A stretch of DNA of 64,000 bases from a phage: assembly GCA_012112355.1 (NCBI GenBank), contig GCA_012112355.1_3028.1; one strand, written 5' to 3'. This document shows, in pieces, positions 52,635-62,618 of this stretch. Numbering within the stretch: the first letter of the stretch is position 1; each line of letters begins with the position of its first letter. Both the position numbers and the translations under genes were made by a program. The notes below the pieces were generated by a model. The model saw only the letters and a program-made list of their open reading frames with translations. It did not search any database and had not been told where the DNA came from.

Positions 52635-53192
52635 TTAAATGGAAAGATACCATCCGTTGTAGTTGCTTTTTCTTACAACCTTACGAAGGTCTTCTCTGTC
52701 ACCGATGAACTTCGGAGTGTACTGGATGACACCTGGATGAATTTCTTTAGTGTTGAATATAATTATACAGTCAGCGACTTGATGATTTAGAATGGGCCCT
52801 AAATTTATTCCAGAACCATATGGATACTCTCCGCTGCATCCCGTTGTTACCGAAATCCAACGCGAGTCAGTTTGATGTGTTTTGACTTCTACACGAAGCC
52901 CGCAATATTTTGGATGCGCTAAAACATCCCATGCATACGTGTACGGATCATCGACATTTTCTTGGCCTTTATTGACATATCCGCTTAGCCAATCTGCCAC
53001 AAAAAACTCTGCGTACACAGCGATACGGCATCTTTCGATAACTTCTGCTTTATCCTGGTTCGGGTTTTGTTTTAAAGAGTATCTTGCTGTATCAGCAATT
53101 TTGACCTTCATTTCACTAGTCAAGTCACTGTTCGATAGGGTAAATGTCGGAATCTGAAATAGTCTCTGTAAACCCGGATTCGTTTTCTGCAT
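52635..53192 (-). CDS. denB: endonuclease IV DenB
   Basis: 185 aa, position between ndd and rIIB as in T4. Confidence 0.8.
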   Translation of the reverse strand: MQKTNPGLQRLFQIPTFTLSNSDLTSEMKVKIADTARYSLKQNPNQDKAEVIERCRIAVYAEFFVADWLSGYVNKGQENVDDPYTYAWDVLAHPKYCGLRVEVKTHQTDSRWISVTTGCSGEYPYGSGINLGPILNHQVADCIIIFNTKEIHPGVIQYTPKFIGDREDLRKVVRKSNYNGWYLSI

Positions 53193-53237
53193 TTAAACTT
53201 TCCTTTATGTCGGAATCATAATTTCTCTTAAAACAAA

Positions 53238-53252
53238 AGGGCCGAAGCCCTT
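53238..53252 (-). terminator. stem-loop terminator
   Basis: GGGCC-GAAG-CCC hairpin with T-run on minus strand. Confidence 0.55.
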
Positions 53253-53255
53253 ATT

Positions 53256-53450
53256 TTATTTGAATTGTGCGATTCTTTTCTCTAGACACTCAGCATAAGA
53301 TTTCATTGAGATGAACTGCGAAAGTAGCAGTTCTTGCTCAACTGCGTTAACTGTTAGAAACTTTGCGCTTTCTAAAAATTTGCTCAGTGCATTAATTTTG
53401 AGCATTAATTGATCGTATTCTTCTTTTACTCGTGCTTGATAACCTAACAT
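53256..53450 (-). CDS. hypothetical protein
   Basis: 64-aa ORF. Confidence 0.5.
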   Translation of the reverse strand: MLGYQARVKEEYDQLMLKINALSKFLESAKFLTVNAVEQELLLSQFISMKSYAECLEKRIAQFK

Positions 53451-53482
53451 AATTTTCCTTAATATGATAAGGGCCGAAGCCC

Positions 53483-54421
53483 TTATTTAAATTGTTCAGT
53501 AACGTCTTCAACTACTTCGTATTGGCAGGTACGCATTTTAGCATCGTTGTAATCAATCGGAATTGATACTACATCGCGTGGATGTACTTTAACTTTTACA
53601 ACTCGGCTGGTTGAACCACCGAAGTGACGAATATAAGATTTAGAACACACATGCAGACCACGAGAACAAGTTTGTGTATCATCGTCATTCACACGAGTAC
53701 GCGGCATTTTAACTACTTTACCCGGACTGTTATCAAAGGTGTTTGAGTGACAGTCAAAGTAATTGCTGCGAACTACTTTCCAAGCATAGAAGTAACCATC
53801 TTCTGTAATTTCAATATCGTTTGCTACCAAGAAATCAAAGAGTCGAGATACCGCTTTTTGGCTTGGGTTTTCCAGCAGATTTTCCAAGAACGGAAAATAA
53901 AATTCAAAGTTTTCGCCTTTTTCCATCGAGTCAAGAATACGATCAACCAAACCAGACCGCAATTCGATATTTTGATAGAACAAGCTTCCACCTTCAATTC
54001 GAACATCGCCGGAAATATATTTTTCAACAGCACGGCGAACATTAATTTTTTGTGCAGCTTCTTCCAGCTTATCCGCTACAAGCAGATTAAGAATTTCCTG
54101 GAAGTTTGAATGAGTATTAGGAGTTGCGTTATAAGTTACACCGTCAACAGTAATTGAAATGAATTTTTTAGATGCATTCCAAATAATGTCAGATTTAGCA
54201 ACTGGAGCAATAACTGCATCGCTATTAACTTTAATTGTAATATCACCGCTAATAGTAACTTTAGAGCGTTTAGCTTCTTCAGCATTTTTCAAAACACGAC
54301 GAATTGTGTCAACCGATACACCTTGCCAATCAGCCAATTCCTGTTGGGTGTAATTACCACTTGAATACAGCTTAACAATTTCAGCTTGTTCGTTTTTGGT
54401 CAGGCATTTAATATTGTACAT
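53483..54421 (-). CDS. rIIB: RIIB (lysis inhibition / Rex sensitivity)
   Basis: 312 aa. Confidence 0.95.
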   Translation of the reverse strand: MYNIKCLTKNEQAEIVKLYSSGNYTQQELADWQGVSVDTIRRVLKNAEEAKRSKVTISGDITIKVNSDAVIAPVAKSDIIWNASKKFISITVDGVTYNATPNTHSNFQEILNLLVADKLEEAAQKINVRRAVEKYISGDVRIEGGSLFYQNIELRSGLVDRILDSMEKGENFEFYFPFLENLLENPSQKAVSRLFDFLVANDIEITEDGYFYAWKVVRSNYFDCHSNTFDNSPGKVVKMPRTRVNDDDTQTCSRGLHVCSKSYIRHFGGSTSRVVKVKVHPRDVVSIPIDYNDAKMRTCQYEVVEDVTEQFK

Positions 54422-54432
54422 AATTTTCCTTA

Positions 54433-56610
54433 TTAGGCCGCAAGGGCCTTCATAGTTTTAGCGATTTGGGAAACTTCATCATCACTTAAAGAGTTGCGAT
54501 AACCGATGAAGTCGGAAACAATACGGAATTTCTTGGTAAACTCAGCAACCATTTTATCACTATTTTTTGAAGCATTACGTGATAATTCATCAAAGAGATT
54601 AGTTACTGTCCAGATATCATGACCGATGGTATCTTTTCCACCATTGAAATACACACCGCGTAATGAACTAACCATATTACCAAGTCGTGTATATTCTTCA
54701 GAAACTTCATCTGTACTGAAGTACTTCATCATAAAATCTAGTTCAGGATACTTGATAATTTTATCAATATATCGTTGAGCTGAACTTGAATAACCTACAT
54801 ACTTATCATAATCTACATCATCAAAAGCATCTACATATAAATCACGTAAAGCTTCAAAAATACATTGGCACTGACCAAGCTCTTTTACCTTTTTCTGCAA
54901 AAGCGGACGAATAACATAAAATTCATTAATGCCAATAAGATTAGCCATACGAATCAAAATATTCATAGATGGATGACAAAGCGATGTAGTACCATCCATA
55001 GAGAAAATATCAGAACGATGCATATACGCTACATACCCAGTAATTTCATCTGCTTCTGATGTGAGCGTAAATAATTCCTCTTTTTCCCAGCGCCCGTCTT
55101 TAATTTCAAACTTAAATGCTGTAGCAGCTTTAGGACGAGGAGCTTTACTTTTAACTATCTTTGGAATATAGCTTTTAACTAAAGCTTCAATTTCTGACAA
55201 ATAATGAATGTTAACTTCATCACTTTCAAACATCGCCATAATATCAGGAAGCAAATCAATCTGCGATTCTACTTCTGGATTAATAAACAGAAGGCGTTCG
55301 TTGTGATGAATATTCAAAGTGTTATTAAATTCACTATCATCTAACGCATGTGCTAATCCACGGACAATATTAACACGATTTTTAATATTATCAATAACGA
55401 TATTAATTTTTGTTGCATTAATACCAAACAGACGATAACTTGATGCAACGGCTGAAGTTTCATGACTTTGCTTAATGCGCTTCAGTCGAGGGTCAAGATT
55501 TACTTCATACACAACTCCTGCATTGCATAACTTACTATCAGGTTCAAACATGCTCTGCATTTTCTTATATGACAGATTTTTAGTCGTGAATTTGACTGAA
55601 TTACTAATCATATAATCTCGAGCAGAATACCCCATCTTCATCAATTCACGATATGTATGACGAGGAGATGTAGATTCTTTAAATCGTTTTACATCTTCAT
55701 TAAATGCTTTCTCACTGAGTTCTTTAACTCGTTCAATGATATTTTTACGAGTGCGATCATCTAGTGAAAGAGCCTCGCGAGATGGAGCAATATCAAGTGA
55801 ACCCATTGGAAACTTAATGTAATTCACTTCATTGCGAATGCTTAGCCAGTTACGGTCTCTAATAACACCATCGATAGGATAAACAATACCGCCATAGATA
55901 GCATATAATCCACCACGATCAGGCCAGTATCTTTCTGGATTTACACCATAATAATCATCAAAATCAGGAAAATAATCAATTTCGCGGTCAAGACCATTAA
56001 TGATAGCCAAATCTTTGAACGGTCGCATGATATAAGAAACTTCATAAGCAAAGTTTCTAAAGTCTTTTTCTTCAACTGGAACTACGATTTCAATACCAGT
56101 TTTATCATCTGGACCCATTTCTTTTACGAATGTAGGTTTAATCTGTGGGCCATCACCATCCATGTAAGCTACATAACCACGAATTTCACCTTTATGATAA
56201 GAAGTAATACTAAATGTATCAGTATAACTAAACGGAGATTTAGAACCTAACCCAAATCCGCCAATGAAATCGTTAGATTCAGCCTTAGATGAACTGAAGT
56301 ATGAATTATACAAACCAGGAGAATTATCATCACCCTGAATATCAAAATCACTCATACCCGGACCAAAATCTCGACAAACAAATCGTGGATCTAATCGTCC
56401 TGGAACTTGAATGATAAATTTTTCAGGATTTCCATTAAGTGCATGAGCATCAATCATGTTAGTAATCAATTCACGGACTACTGCGCGAATCTTGTTTGTA
56501 TACAAATCAGATGATAGAATTTTAAATACTTTAGGATTTGCTGCGATGCTAAATGCTTTTGATTTAGAACCATTACCAAGAATTGTTTCTTTTTCAGTGG
56601 TGATAATCAT
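54433..56610 (-). CDS. rIIA: RIIA (GHKL ATPase-like N-terminal domain)
   Basis: 725 aa; Bergerat-fold N box [10 protein letters not shown]. Confidence 0.95.
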   Translation of the reverse strand: MIITTEKETILGNGSKSKAFSIAANPKVFKILSSDLYTNKIRAVVRELITNMIDAHALNGNPEKFIIQVPGRLDPRFVCRDFGPGMSDFDIQGDDNSPGLYNSYFSSSKAESNDFIGGFGLGSKSPFSYTDTFSITSYHKGEIRGYVAYMDGDGPQIKPTFVKEMGPDDKTGIEIVVPVEEKDFRNFAYEVSYIMRPFKDLAIINGLDREIDYFPDFDDYYGVNPERYWPDRGGLYAIYGGIVYPIDGVIRDRNWLSIRNEVNYIKFPMGSLDIAPSREALSLDDRTRKNIIERVKELSEKAFNEDVKRFKESTSPRHTYRELMKMGYSARDYMISNSVKFTTKNLSYKKMQSMFEPDSKLCNAGVVYEVNLDPRLKRIKQSHETSAVASSYRLFGINATKINIVIDNIKNRVNIVRGLAHALDDSEFNNTLNIHHNERLLFINPEVESQIDLLPDIMAMFESDEVNIHYLSEIEALVKSYIPKIVKSKAPRPKAATAFKFEIKDGRWEKEELFTLTSEADEITGYVAYMHRSDIFSMDGTTSLCHPSMNILIRMANLIGINEFYVIRPLLQKKVKELGQCQCIFEALRDLYVDAFDDVDYDKYVGYSSSAQRYIDKIIKYPELDFMMKYFSTDEVSEEYTRLGNMVSSLRGVYFNGGKDTIGHDIWTVTNLFDELSRNASKNSDKMVAEFTKKFRIVSDFIGYRNSLSDDEVSQIAKTMKALAA

Positions 56611-56620
56611 AATTTCCTCA

Positions 56621-56824
56621 TTAATTCATATTACGTTTAATAACTTCAGCAACTTCTAGTAGTTCATCTTTAGTTGCGGTGTCGGATTGAATTTTATCTC
56701 TAATATCCTTAAAGCGGTTTTTAAATTCTTCGGCTTCTCCCATATCGAAAAAGCGTTGAATGATTCTATATTCTCGATGAACTGCTTTATCAAAAAGTTC
56801 TAAATTTACTTTATATGATTTCAT
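56621..56824 (-). CDS. hypothetical protein (T4 rIIA.1 position)
   Basis: 67-aa ORF with early promoter upstream. Confidence 0.55.
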   Translation of the reverse strand: MKSYKVNLELFDKAVHREYRIIQRFFDMGEAEEFKNRFKDIRDKIQSDTATKDELLEVAEVIKRNMN

Positions 56825-56844
56825 TCCAATATCCTCATTTGCCC

Positions 56845-56880
56845 AATTAATTATACCACATCCTTGTGGTAAAGTAAACT
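56845..56880 (-). promoter_or_regulatory. T4-type early promoter
   Basis: GTTTAC (overlapping gene 39 stop) ..17.. TATAAT. Confidence 0.7.
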
Positions 56881-58699
56881 ACTGGCTCATCCATTCTTTA
56901 CGAAGGTCAGCATTATCTCCCATGAGCATTTCAAAAAGCTCTTTCCAGTTCTCAGGAAGTTTAACAACATCATATACCGGATTTTGAATCATCTCACGAT
57001 ATTCAGATTTTTCCAAAGAGCCAAGTCCCTTAATATAACGGATGCTATGTTTAGGTAGAGCATCTTTAGCACTCTCATATTCAGCGACTGTATAAAACCA
57101 TTCTTGTTTTTTACCGACCTGAGCGATGATTACAGGAGTTTTGACAAAGCGAATTCTTCCTTGCTCAAACAATTCTGGCCAATTACTAAAAAATCCGAGC
57201 AGAGAAGGATAAATGCTTCCTAGACCATCATGGTCAGCATCAGTCATAATAGCGATATTATGATAATTCAAGTTTTCAGCTTTTTCACCGAGAACTAATC
57301 CAGTGATTGCGCAAATATCAAATAGTTCTTTGTTTTTAAGCATATCTGCATAAGACATACCCCAACTGTTGAGAACTTTACCACGTAATGGATAACCACC
57401 ATGAAGTTCTTTATCACGAACATCAATAAGATATCCGATAGCAGAATCACCCTCAGTCAAGAAAAGAGTAGTGTCAGCATCTTTACCGCAAAGATTCGCT
57501 TTGATATGTTTATGAACCTTAGCTTTAGAAGCCTTTTTAGCTGCTTTAGTTTCTGCTGCTTTTTCTGCCGCCAATTTACGAGCCAAAGCAGCTTCGATAA
57601 TCGGCATTAGAATTGCTTCATTATTTAGAATAGCGCGTGAAATCTTTTTAGCATCAAGTTGAATATGACTACGGATTTCACCAAATGGAGAAGTCAAACG
57701 CTCTTTAGTTTGAGAATCAAATCGCATGTTTTTCATATCACGAACAAACATAACGATAGTCAAACATTCTTTGACACGTGCTTTAGTTACATCAATTTTG
57801 AACTTACGTTTGATTTGTGGAATAAGGTCTTCACAAATATCATCCATAACACAGTCAATGTGATGGCCACCATTCTTAGTGTGAATGTTATTGACGTACG
57901 TCAACTGACGAAAACCATCCGGTGAACGACCAACCGCAATAGAACAATTTTCTTGTTCTTGAACAATAGCATGTTCATCATACTGTCGTGCATATTTCTT
58001 AAAATTGCCCTGAACCTTTTTACCATTAAAGGTAAATTGAATATCAGGATAAACAACAGCAAGTGTTTGGAGACGATCTAGTGTAATGTCAAGATAAACT
58101 TGGGACAGCTCATTAGTTTCAAATGACATAAAATCAGGAATGAAAGTAACACGGGTTCCTTTCCATTTTCCAGGAATATCTTCCCATGATTTATTTTCCA
58201 TGCCGTTTGAACAACGAACTACAATATTATTTTGACCATCACCAGTTTCACCGACAAACATCACAGAAAAAATGTTTGTCAAACTAGAACCAACACCATT
58301 CATACCGCCAGTGACGCGTTCTTTATCATCACCGAAGTTACCACCCGCTTTTGGAATAGTCCAAGCAGCAACTGGACCAGGAATTTCTTCACCGGTAGGT
58401 GTTTTAACCATCGCTTGTGGAATACCGCGACCGTTATCTTCAACTGTTACCTGATTATTTTTAATGGTAACATTAATTTTATTCGCGAATTTAAACTTAG
58501 TACGAATACCTTCATCGACTGAGTTATCGATAATTTCATCAATAAGCTTAACAAGACCAGGTACATACTGAACACTTTCCCATTTACCAAACAGAAAGCG
58601 CTCATGCATTTCATTAGCAGAAGAGCCAATGTACATGCCACTACGCTTTTTGATATGTTCAATATCGCTCAGAATTTTAATTTCATTCTTAATCATCAC
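56879..58699 (-). CDS. 39: DNA topoisomerase II large subunit gp39, intact (covers T4 genes 39 plus 60)
   Basis: 606-aa continuous ORF; GHKL ATPase plus TOPRIM (LTEGDSA). Confidence 0.95.
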   Translation of the reverse strand: MMIKNEIKILSDIEHIKKRSGMYIGSSANEMHERFLFGKWESVQYVPGLVKLIDEIIDNSVDEGIRTKFKFANKINVTIKNNQVTVEDNGRGIPQAMVKTPTGEEIPGPVAAWTIPKAGGNFGDDKERVTGGMNGVGSSLTNIFSVMFVGETGDGQNNIVVRCSNGMENKSWEDIPGKWKGTRVTFIPDFMSFETNELSQVYLDITLDRLQTLAVVYPDIQFTFNGKKVQGNFKKYARQYDEHAIVQEQENCSIAVGRSPDGFRQLTYVNNIHTKNGGHHIDCVMDDICEDLIPQIKRKFKIDVTKARVKECLTIVMFVRDMKNMRFDSQTKERLTSPFGEIRSHIQLDAKKISRAILNNEAILMPIIEAALARKLAAEKAAETKAAKKASKAKVHKHIKANLCGKDADTTLFLTEGDSAIGYLIDVRDKELHGGYPLRGKVLNSWGMSYADMLKNKELFDICAITGLVLGEKAENLNYHNIAIMTDADHDGLGSIYPSLLGFFSNWPELFEQGRIRFVKTPVIIAQVGKKQEWFYTVAEYESAKDALPKHSIRYIKGLGSLEKSEYREMIQNPVYDVVKLPENWKELFEMLMGDNADLRKEWMSQ

Positions 58700-58747
58700 T
58701 TATCCTCGTTTGGTTTCGGGAATATTATACTCCGGTAATCATAAAGC

Positions 58748-58768
58748 TAAAGGCCCGAAGGCCTTTTA
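58748..58768 (-). terminator. stem-loop terminator
   Basis: AAAGGCC-CGAA-GGCCTTT with T-run. Confidence 0.6.
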
Positions 58769-59035
58769 TTTAAAACGAATAGTTGAATCCTTAAAGAACA
58801 GCCCAGAACATACTGTTCCTTCTACTTTCTGCCCGGTAGGTCCAATAGCACGAAATCCAGTATGTTGGAAATCATTTTCAGAGCAACCGAACCAGTTATA
58901 TCCAGTGATTTCAATATTAGTAAAACCACTTGAAGACAAAACTTTAGTTGCATTATCAGCATCAGTACATCCTACTAAAAACACTGCTAATACTAATGCT
59001 GCGATAGAACGATTAATATATTTCATAATTTTCAC
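58766..59035 (-). CDS. putative lipoprotein
   Basis: 89 aa; signal peptide with lipobox LVGC. Confidence 0.55.
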   Translation of the reverse strand: MKIMKYINRSIAALVLAVFLVGCTDADNATKVLSSSGFTNIEITGYNWFGCSENDFQHTGFRAIGPTGQKVEGTVCSGLFFKDSTIRFK

Positions 59036-59409
59036 TTAAATTTAATGGCTTGAAGAAGACTAATAACTCTCAAGCGGCTTCTTTCATCTTTAACTGTAAA
59101 AGAAAGAGGATCGCCAGATTTCATAGTGATAGTGCATTCAAAATCAAAATCTTCTGTAACTTCTTCGAATAGGTCAAATTCTTCATCATAAATTAGAACA
59201 TTACTCTGAAAACTGTGAAGAATTTTTCCATCATTTCCAGATGCTGTACTAATCATTGTGACATTATTACCTTTCATATCTTCAACGATAAATTCGCTTG
59301 TAGATATTACATTACTAATAGAACCATTCCTATAAATAGCAGAAAATAGATATTTCTTTTCTTCACCTTCGCGAATGCGATATTTCTTACCGATTTTAAA
59401 CATAATCAC
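59032..59409 (-). CDS. hypothetical protein
   Basis: 125-aa ORF (GTG start in track; ATG two codons downstream). Confidence 0.5.
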   Translation of the reverse strand: MIMFKIGKKYRIREGEEKKYLFSAIYRNGSISNVISTSEFIVEDMKGNNVTMISTASGNDGKILHSFQSNVLIYDEEFDLFEEVTEDFDFECTITMKSGDPLSFTVKDERSRLRVISLLQAIKFK

Positions 59410-59582
59410 CCTTTAAGTAAGTCGTAAAATCCACCATTCACATGCTTAGGAGCAGAAGGCCGACGAGTAGACAGACGATGACATTTAGGGCAAACATCAT
59501 TTTCTCGTTCAGAAATCTTTTTAATTTTTTCATATTCATGCCCGCAATCTTCGGATTGGCATTTATAATCATACATTGGCAT
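59406..59582 (-). CDS. FmdB-like zinc-ribbon small protein (58 aa)
   Basis: MPMYDYKCQSEDCGHEYE...CPKCH: two CxxC pairs; not in ORF track. Confidence 0.5.
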   Translation of the reverse strand: MPMYDYKCQSEDCGHEYEKIKKISERENDVCPKCHRLSTRRPSAPKHVNGGFYDLLKG

Positions 59583-59584
59583 AA

Positions 59585-60010
59585 TTATTCCTTAAAATGT
59601 GCTTTCAACATCTGATACAAGGACCATGCCTGTTCATTATTTTCAATAGTAACTTTCATGACAGGAAATTCTGTGAAATCTTCTATTTGTTCTTGCTCTT
59701 TCTCTTCCTGCTCTTGCTCTTCGGCTGCCTGGTATGGATTTTCCACTTCATTAAAGAACTCAGCTTCGCTCGCTGAAAGCCAGATAAAATCTTCATCCAA
59801 AATATCTTTACCAGAAGATAACGCCAATTTTCCACTAGATGTCACAAGTTTAGTAGGACGACCAAGATAGTCAATATCTGTAACTCTAAAAGGTTCCATA
59901 CCTAAACGTCGTGCATAAATTCCGTTTTCAGTATGATATTTAATAAATTTTTCTTGAGCTTGTTTATTTTTAAATTGATACCATTTATTAACTTCAAATT
60001 TAATAGCCAT
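59585..60010 (-). CDS. hypothetical protein
   Basis: 141 aa with acidic Glu/Gln-rich segment. Confidence 0.55.
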   Translation of the reverse strand: MAIKFEVNKWYQFKNKQAQEKFIKYHTENGIYARRLGMEPFRVTDIDYLGRPTKLVTSSGKLALSSGKDILDEDFIWLSASEAEFFNEVENPYQAAEEQEQEEKEQEQIEDFTEFPVMKVTIENNEQAWSLYQMLKAHFKE

Positions 60011-60225
60011 TAATAAATTTCCTTCCAGTAAGTTGTTCCATCTTCAGTAATTTCACGAAATACACCATAAATTGGTTGTTTATCACCGACTTTCTCATAC
60101 ACATAAACCGAAGTCAAGTGAGTAAACTTAACGGTATGTTCCTTTTGAACCACTACCAAATCTGGATCAAATAATACATCTTCAAATTCGTCATTAGTGC
60201 AATTCTGAACAATTTTACGTTTCAT
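60010..60225 (-). CDS. hypothetical protein
   Basis: 71-aa ORF. Confidence 0.5.
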   Translation of the reverse strand: MKRKIVQNCTNDEFEDVLFDPDLVVVQKEHTVKFTHLTSVYVYEKVGDKQPIYGVFREITEDGTTYWKEIY

Positions 60226-60238
60226 TACAATTTCCTCA

Positions 60239-60508
60239 TTAATTAAACAGTGGAGCGATACGTTTCAGAAGAGTAGCAGCACCTTTGGCGAATTTTACAT
60301 CATGAAAAACAGTTTCTTCTTCCGTTACAACACGAGCTTTAAAGTTTTCACAATCCCAATTTTTGCGAACAATCTTCAAAAGCTGCAGTAAATCTTTACA
60401 TTCAGCAATATCAATAACACATCCACGAGAATCTTCCATTATCGCACGATAACCATAAGCCATACCGTAATCGTTGAAAGATTGCTCGATGATAATTAAA
60501 TTTTCCAT
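60239..60508 (-). CDS. hypothetical protein
   Basis: Track ORF starts MENKM; start at second ATG. Confidence 0.55.
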   Translation of the reverse strand: MENLIIIEQSFNDYGMAYGYRAIMEDSRGCVIDIAECKDLLQLLKIVRKNWDCENFKARVVTEEETVFHDVKFAKGAATLLKRIAPLFN

Positions 60509-60532
60509 TTTATTCTCCAAGTTGTTTTCTGT

Positions 60533-60590
60533 ATCAGTAGTTGATATTGATATAGTACCATAATCAACTACTGATGTATATAGTTTTATG
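60533..60590 (-). promoter_or_regulatory. early promoter cassette with perfect 13-bp inverted repeat enclosing the -10 (PeSL-like)
   Basis: ATCAGTAGTTGAT..17 nt incl. TACTAT..ATCAACTACTGAT. Confidence 0.55.
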
Positions 60591-60615
60591 AAAAAATTTT
60601 AAACTTTATGCAAAT

Positions 60616-61035
60616 TTATGCTAAAGCTGCTTCGCACCATTTTTTAATTTGGAATTCAGGAACTACCATGAACTGGCCTGCAAAAACAATATTGTAGAGC
60701 TTGACACCATCTTCTACCCAACGGTCCGAAATAAAACCAGCGACTTGATTCGTTGTCCATGGAGTTCCATCTGTTGCTGCCGCAATTGTGAATTTATGGT
60801 CTTTTACAACTAAAACTGAAGAACAAAGTTTCCATTTAAATGCGCTTTCTTCTGGCTCAATGAACTGACTTGAGACATAACCAATGTTACCATCAGCGTC
60901 ACGAACTTTAACCTCGTTACGACCAAAAACTGGATCACTTACAGAAAGAACTTCAACCAGCTTTCCTGCAACTTTAGAACGAGAAGCAACGGATACATAT
61001 ACGTAATCACCAGTAGAGAGATTTACAATATTCAT
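60616..61035 (-). CDS. hypothetical protein, member 1 of tandem paralog triplet
   Basis: 139 aa; C-terminal motif DRWVEDGVKLYNIVFAGQFMVVPE. Confidence 0.6.
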   Translation of the reverse strand: MNIVNLSTGDYVYVSVASRSKVAGKLVEVLSVSDPVFGRNEVKVRDADGNIGYVSSQFIEPEESAFKWKLCSSVLVVKDHKFTIAAATDGTPWTTNQVAGFISDRWVEDGVKLYNIVFAGQFMVVPEFQIKKWCEAALA

Positions 61036-61044
61036 AATAATTCC

Positions 61045-61521
61045 TTAAGCTTTACGAGGAGAAGCATAACGAGTGATTTCAGATTCTTCAACAACCCGGA
61101 AGTCACCTAAGAATACGATATTGTATAGCTTTTTACCGTCTTCAATCCATTGGTCTGTGATGAAGCCACACATCCTATCAGTTTTACTTGGACCAGCGAA
61201 ATCATCAATATAATCGAATTCTTCATCAGTTACAAATTCAACGCCTTTACACAACGCCCATTTAAATTGTGCATTAGACTCAGTGGATTCAACTTCTTCA
61301 ACAGAAGTAAAATGAGAGCTAACACGAGTTTCCAGAAATTTAGGACTTACGTAAGCGTACTGAGTTTCAGTTTTTCCAGAACTAGGAATGATTCGAACTT
61401 TAACTTCTTTAACACGACCAGTACCATTAGTACGAAGTCCTACCACTTCAACTAGACGACCTGCAGCTTTAGAACGAGATGCAGATGATACACGCTTAAT
61501 TTCACCAATATTAATAATCAT
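61045..61521 (-). CDS. hypothetical protein, member 2 of tandem paralog triplet
   Basis: 158 aa; shares N-terminal SASRSK.AG.LVEV and C-terminal DQWIEDGKKLYNIVF motifs. Confidence 0.6.
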   Translation of the reverse strand: MIINIGEIKRVSSASRSKAAGRLVEVVGLRTNGTGRVKEVKVRIIPSSGKTETQYAYVSPKFLETRVSSHFTSVEEVESTESNAQFKWALCKGVEFVTDEEFDYIDDFAGPSKTDRMCGFITDQWIEDGKKLYNIVFLGDFRVVEESEITRYASPRKA

Positions 61522-61559
61522 AGTTATCTCTCACTTGTTAAAAAGATTTTATACTCCAC

Positions 61560-61596
61560 GGAACCATTATACTCTGGTCCCAAGAGTTTGTAAACT
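61560..61596 (-). promoter_or_regulatory. T4-type early promoter
   Basis: GTTTAC (overlapping upstream stop) ..TATAAT. Confidence 0.7.
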
Positions 61597-62032
61597 AGCT
61601 TACACGAACATTAATCACTGCGCTGCGAGGAACTACAGAGTACTCTCCAGCATGAACTACGTTCAGAAGTTCAACACCATCTTCAATCCACTGATCAGTC
61701 ACCCATCCACCCACAGGATTCGCGAATGGACGACGAATATAAACTGCCTTACACAGCAGATCAGTTGGATCTTCAGGTTTTTCAATTTCTGTCAATAGAC
61801 TAAAATCTTTTTCATAAATAATAAGCGGTGATACCATTCCATAATAGTTTCTAATTTCAATATACATCATACCGATAAGAATTCCGCTATTAACACTAAT
61901 AACAGTAAAAGGATATCCGCCAGTTAAACCAAGAAGTTCACAAAACTTATTATGAGCTGTATTAGACAGTACCGAAAAATTCTTAATTTCATCAAATTTT
62001 TTCAATTGATAAACAGCATTATTTTTAATCAT
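61595..62032 (-). CDS. hypothetical protein, member 3 of tandem paralog triplet
   Basis: 145 aa; C-terminal DQWIEDGVELLNVVHAGEYSVVPR. Confidence 0.6.
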   Translation of the reverse strand: MIKNNAVYQLKKFDEIKNFSVLSNTAHNKFCELLGLTGGYPFTVISVNSGILIGMMYIEIRNYYGMVSPLIIYEKDFSLLTEIEKPEDPTDLLCKAVYIRRPFANPVGGWVTDQWIEDGVELLNVVHAGEYSVVPRSAVINVRVS

Positions 62033-62042
62033 AATTTTCTCT

Positions 62043-62555
62043 TTAATCTAAGGTAATAAAGCCTTTTAATTCGGCATGGGATTTACGGAACATTACTTGG
62101 TGCCCGCCAATGATAACTTGATCATCTGGCACTTCATAAATCGCAATGTACATTCCACGTTCTTTTAAGTCTTCACGCTCTTCTCGAGTGAACCATCTCA
62201 TCATATCATATTCGCTAGAGAAAGCAAAATGATATAATGCAATAAACCACAATGGAATATAATTTTCAATTCGTGAATAATCTTTATTCCATTTAGTTTT
62301 AATAACATCATTAGCATTTTCAACTAATAACTTATCATCGTGTGGAATAGGAATACTTTCATGACTTTCATAATTATCGCTATGATGATGAAATGATGAT
62401 GAATTAATACCACAAAATTTTAACCAAGTTCGAGTTTTCATAGAATCAAATCCACGATAAGGAGTCGATTGGACGCATAACTCTTGCCTAATTTTCATTA
62501 TACCACTATCATCATTTAGCGCATTAAATGATGATTCAACACGATAAATTTTCAT
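62043..62555 (-). CDS. hypothetical protein
   Basis: 170-aa ORF with early promoter upstream. Confidence 0.55.
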   Translation of the reverse strand: MKIYRVESSFNALNDDSGIMKIRQELCVQSTPYRGFDSMKTRTWLKFCGINSSSFHHHSDNYESHESIPIPHDDKLLVENANDVIKTKWNKDYSRIENYIPLWFIALYHFAFSSEYDMMRWFTREEREDLKERGMYIAIYEVPDDQVIIGGHQVMFRKSHAELKGFITLD

Positions 62556-62577
62556 TTTATTATCCTCAGTAGCTATG

Positions 62578-62613
62578 GTGTTATAGTACCATAACTAACC
62601 GAGGAAGTAAACA
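62578..62613 (-). promoter_or_regulatory. T4-type early promoter cassette
   Basis: GTTTAC..TACTAT then GAGGATAATAAAATG. Confidence 0.65.
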
Positions 62614-62618
62614 ACTTT

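Noticed and set aside
56879-58699. Gene 60 translational bypass (50-nt hop)
   Set aside because: Gene 39 is one continuous 606-aa frame with the TOPRIM region in frame, so no split and no bypass element
30850-62613. Repeated 35 to 70-nt elements that might suggest a CRISPR array
   Set aside because: Copies are irregularly spaced, each precedes an ORF, and they contain sigma70-like -35/-10 hexamers; they are early promoter cassettes, not CRISPR repeats
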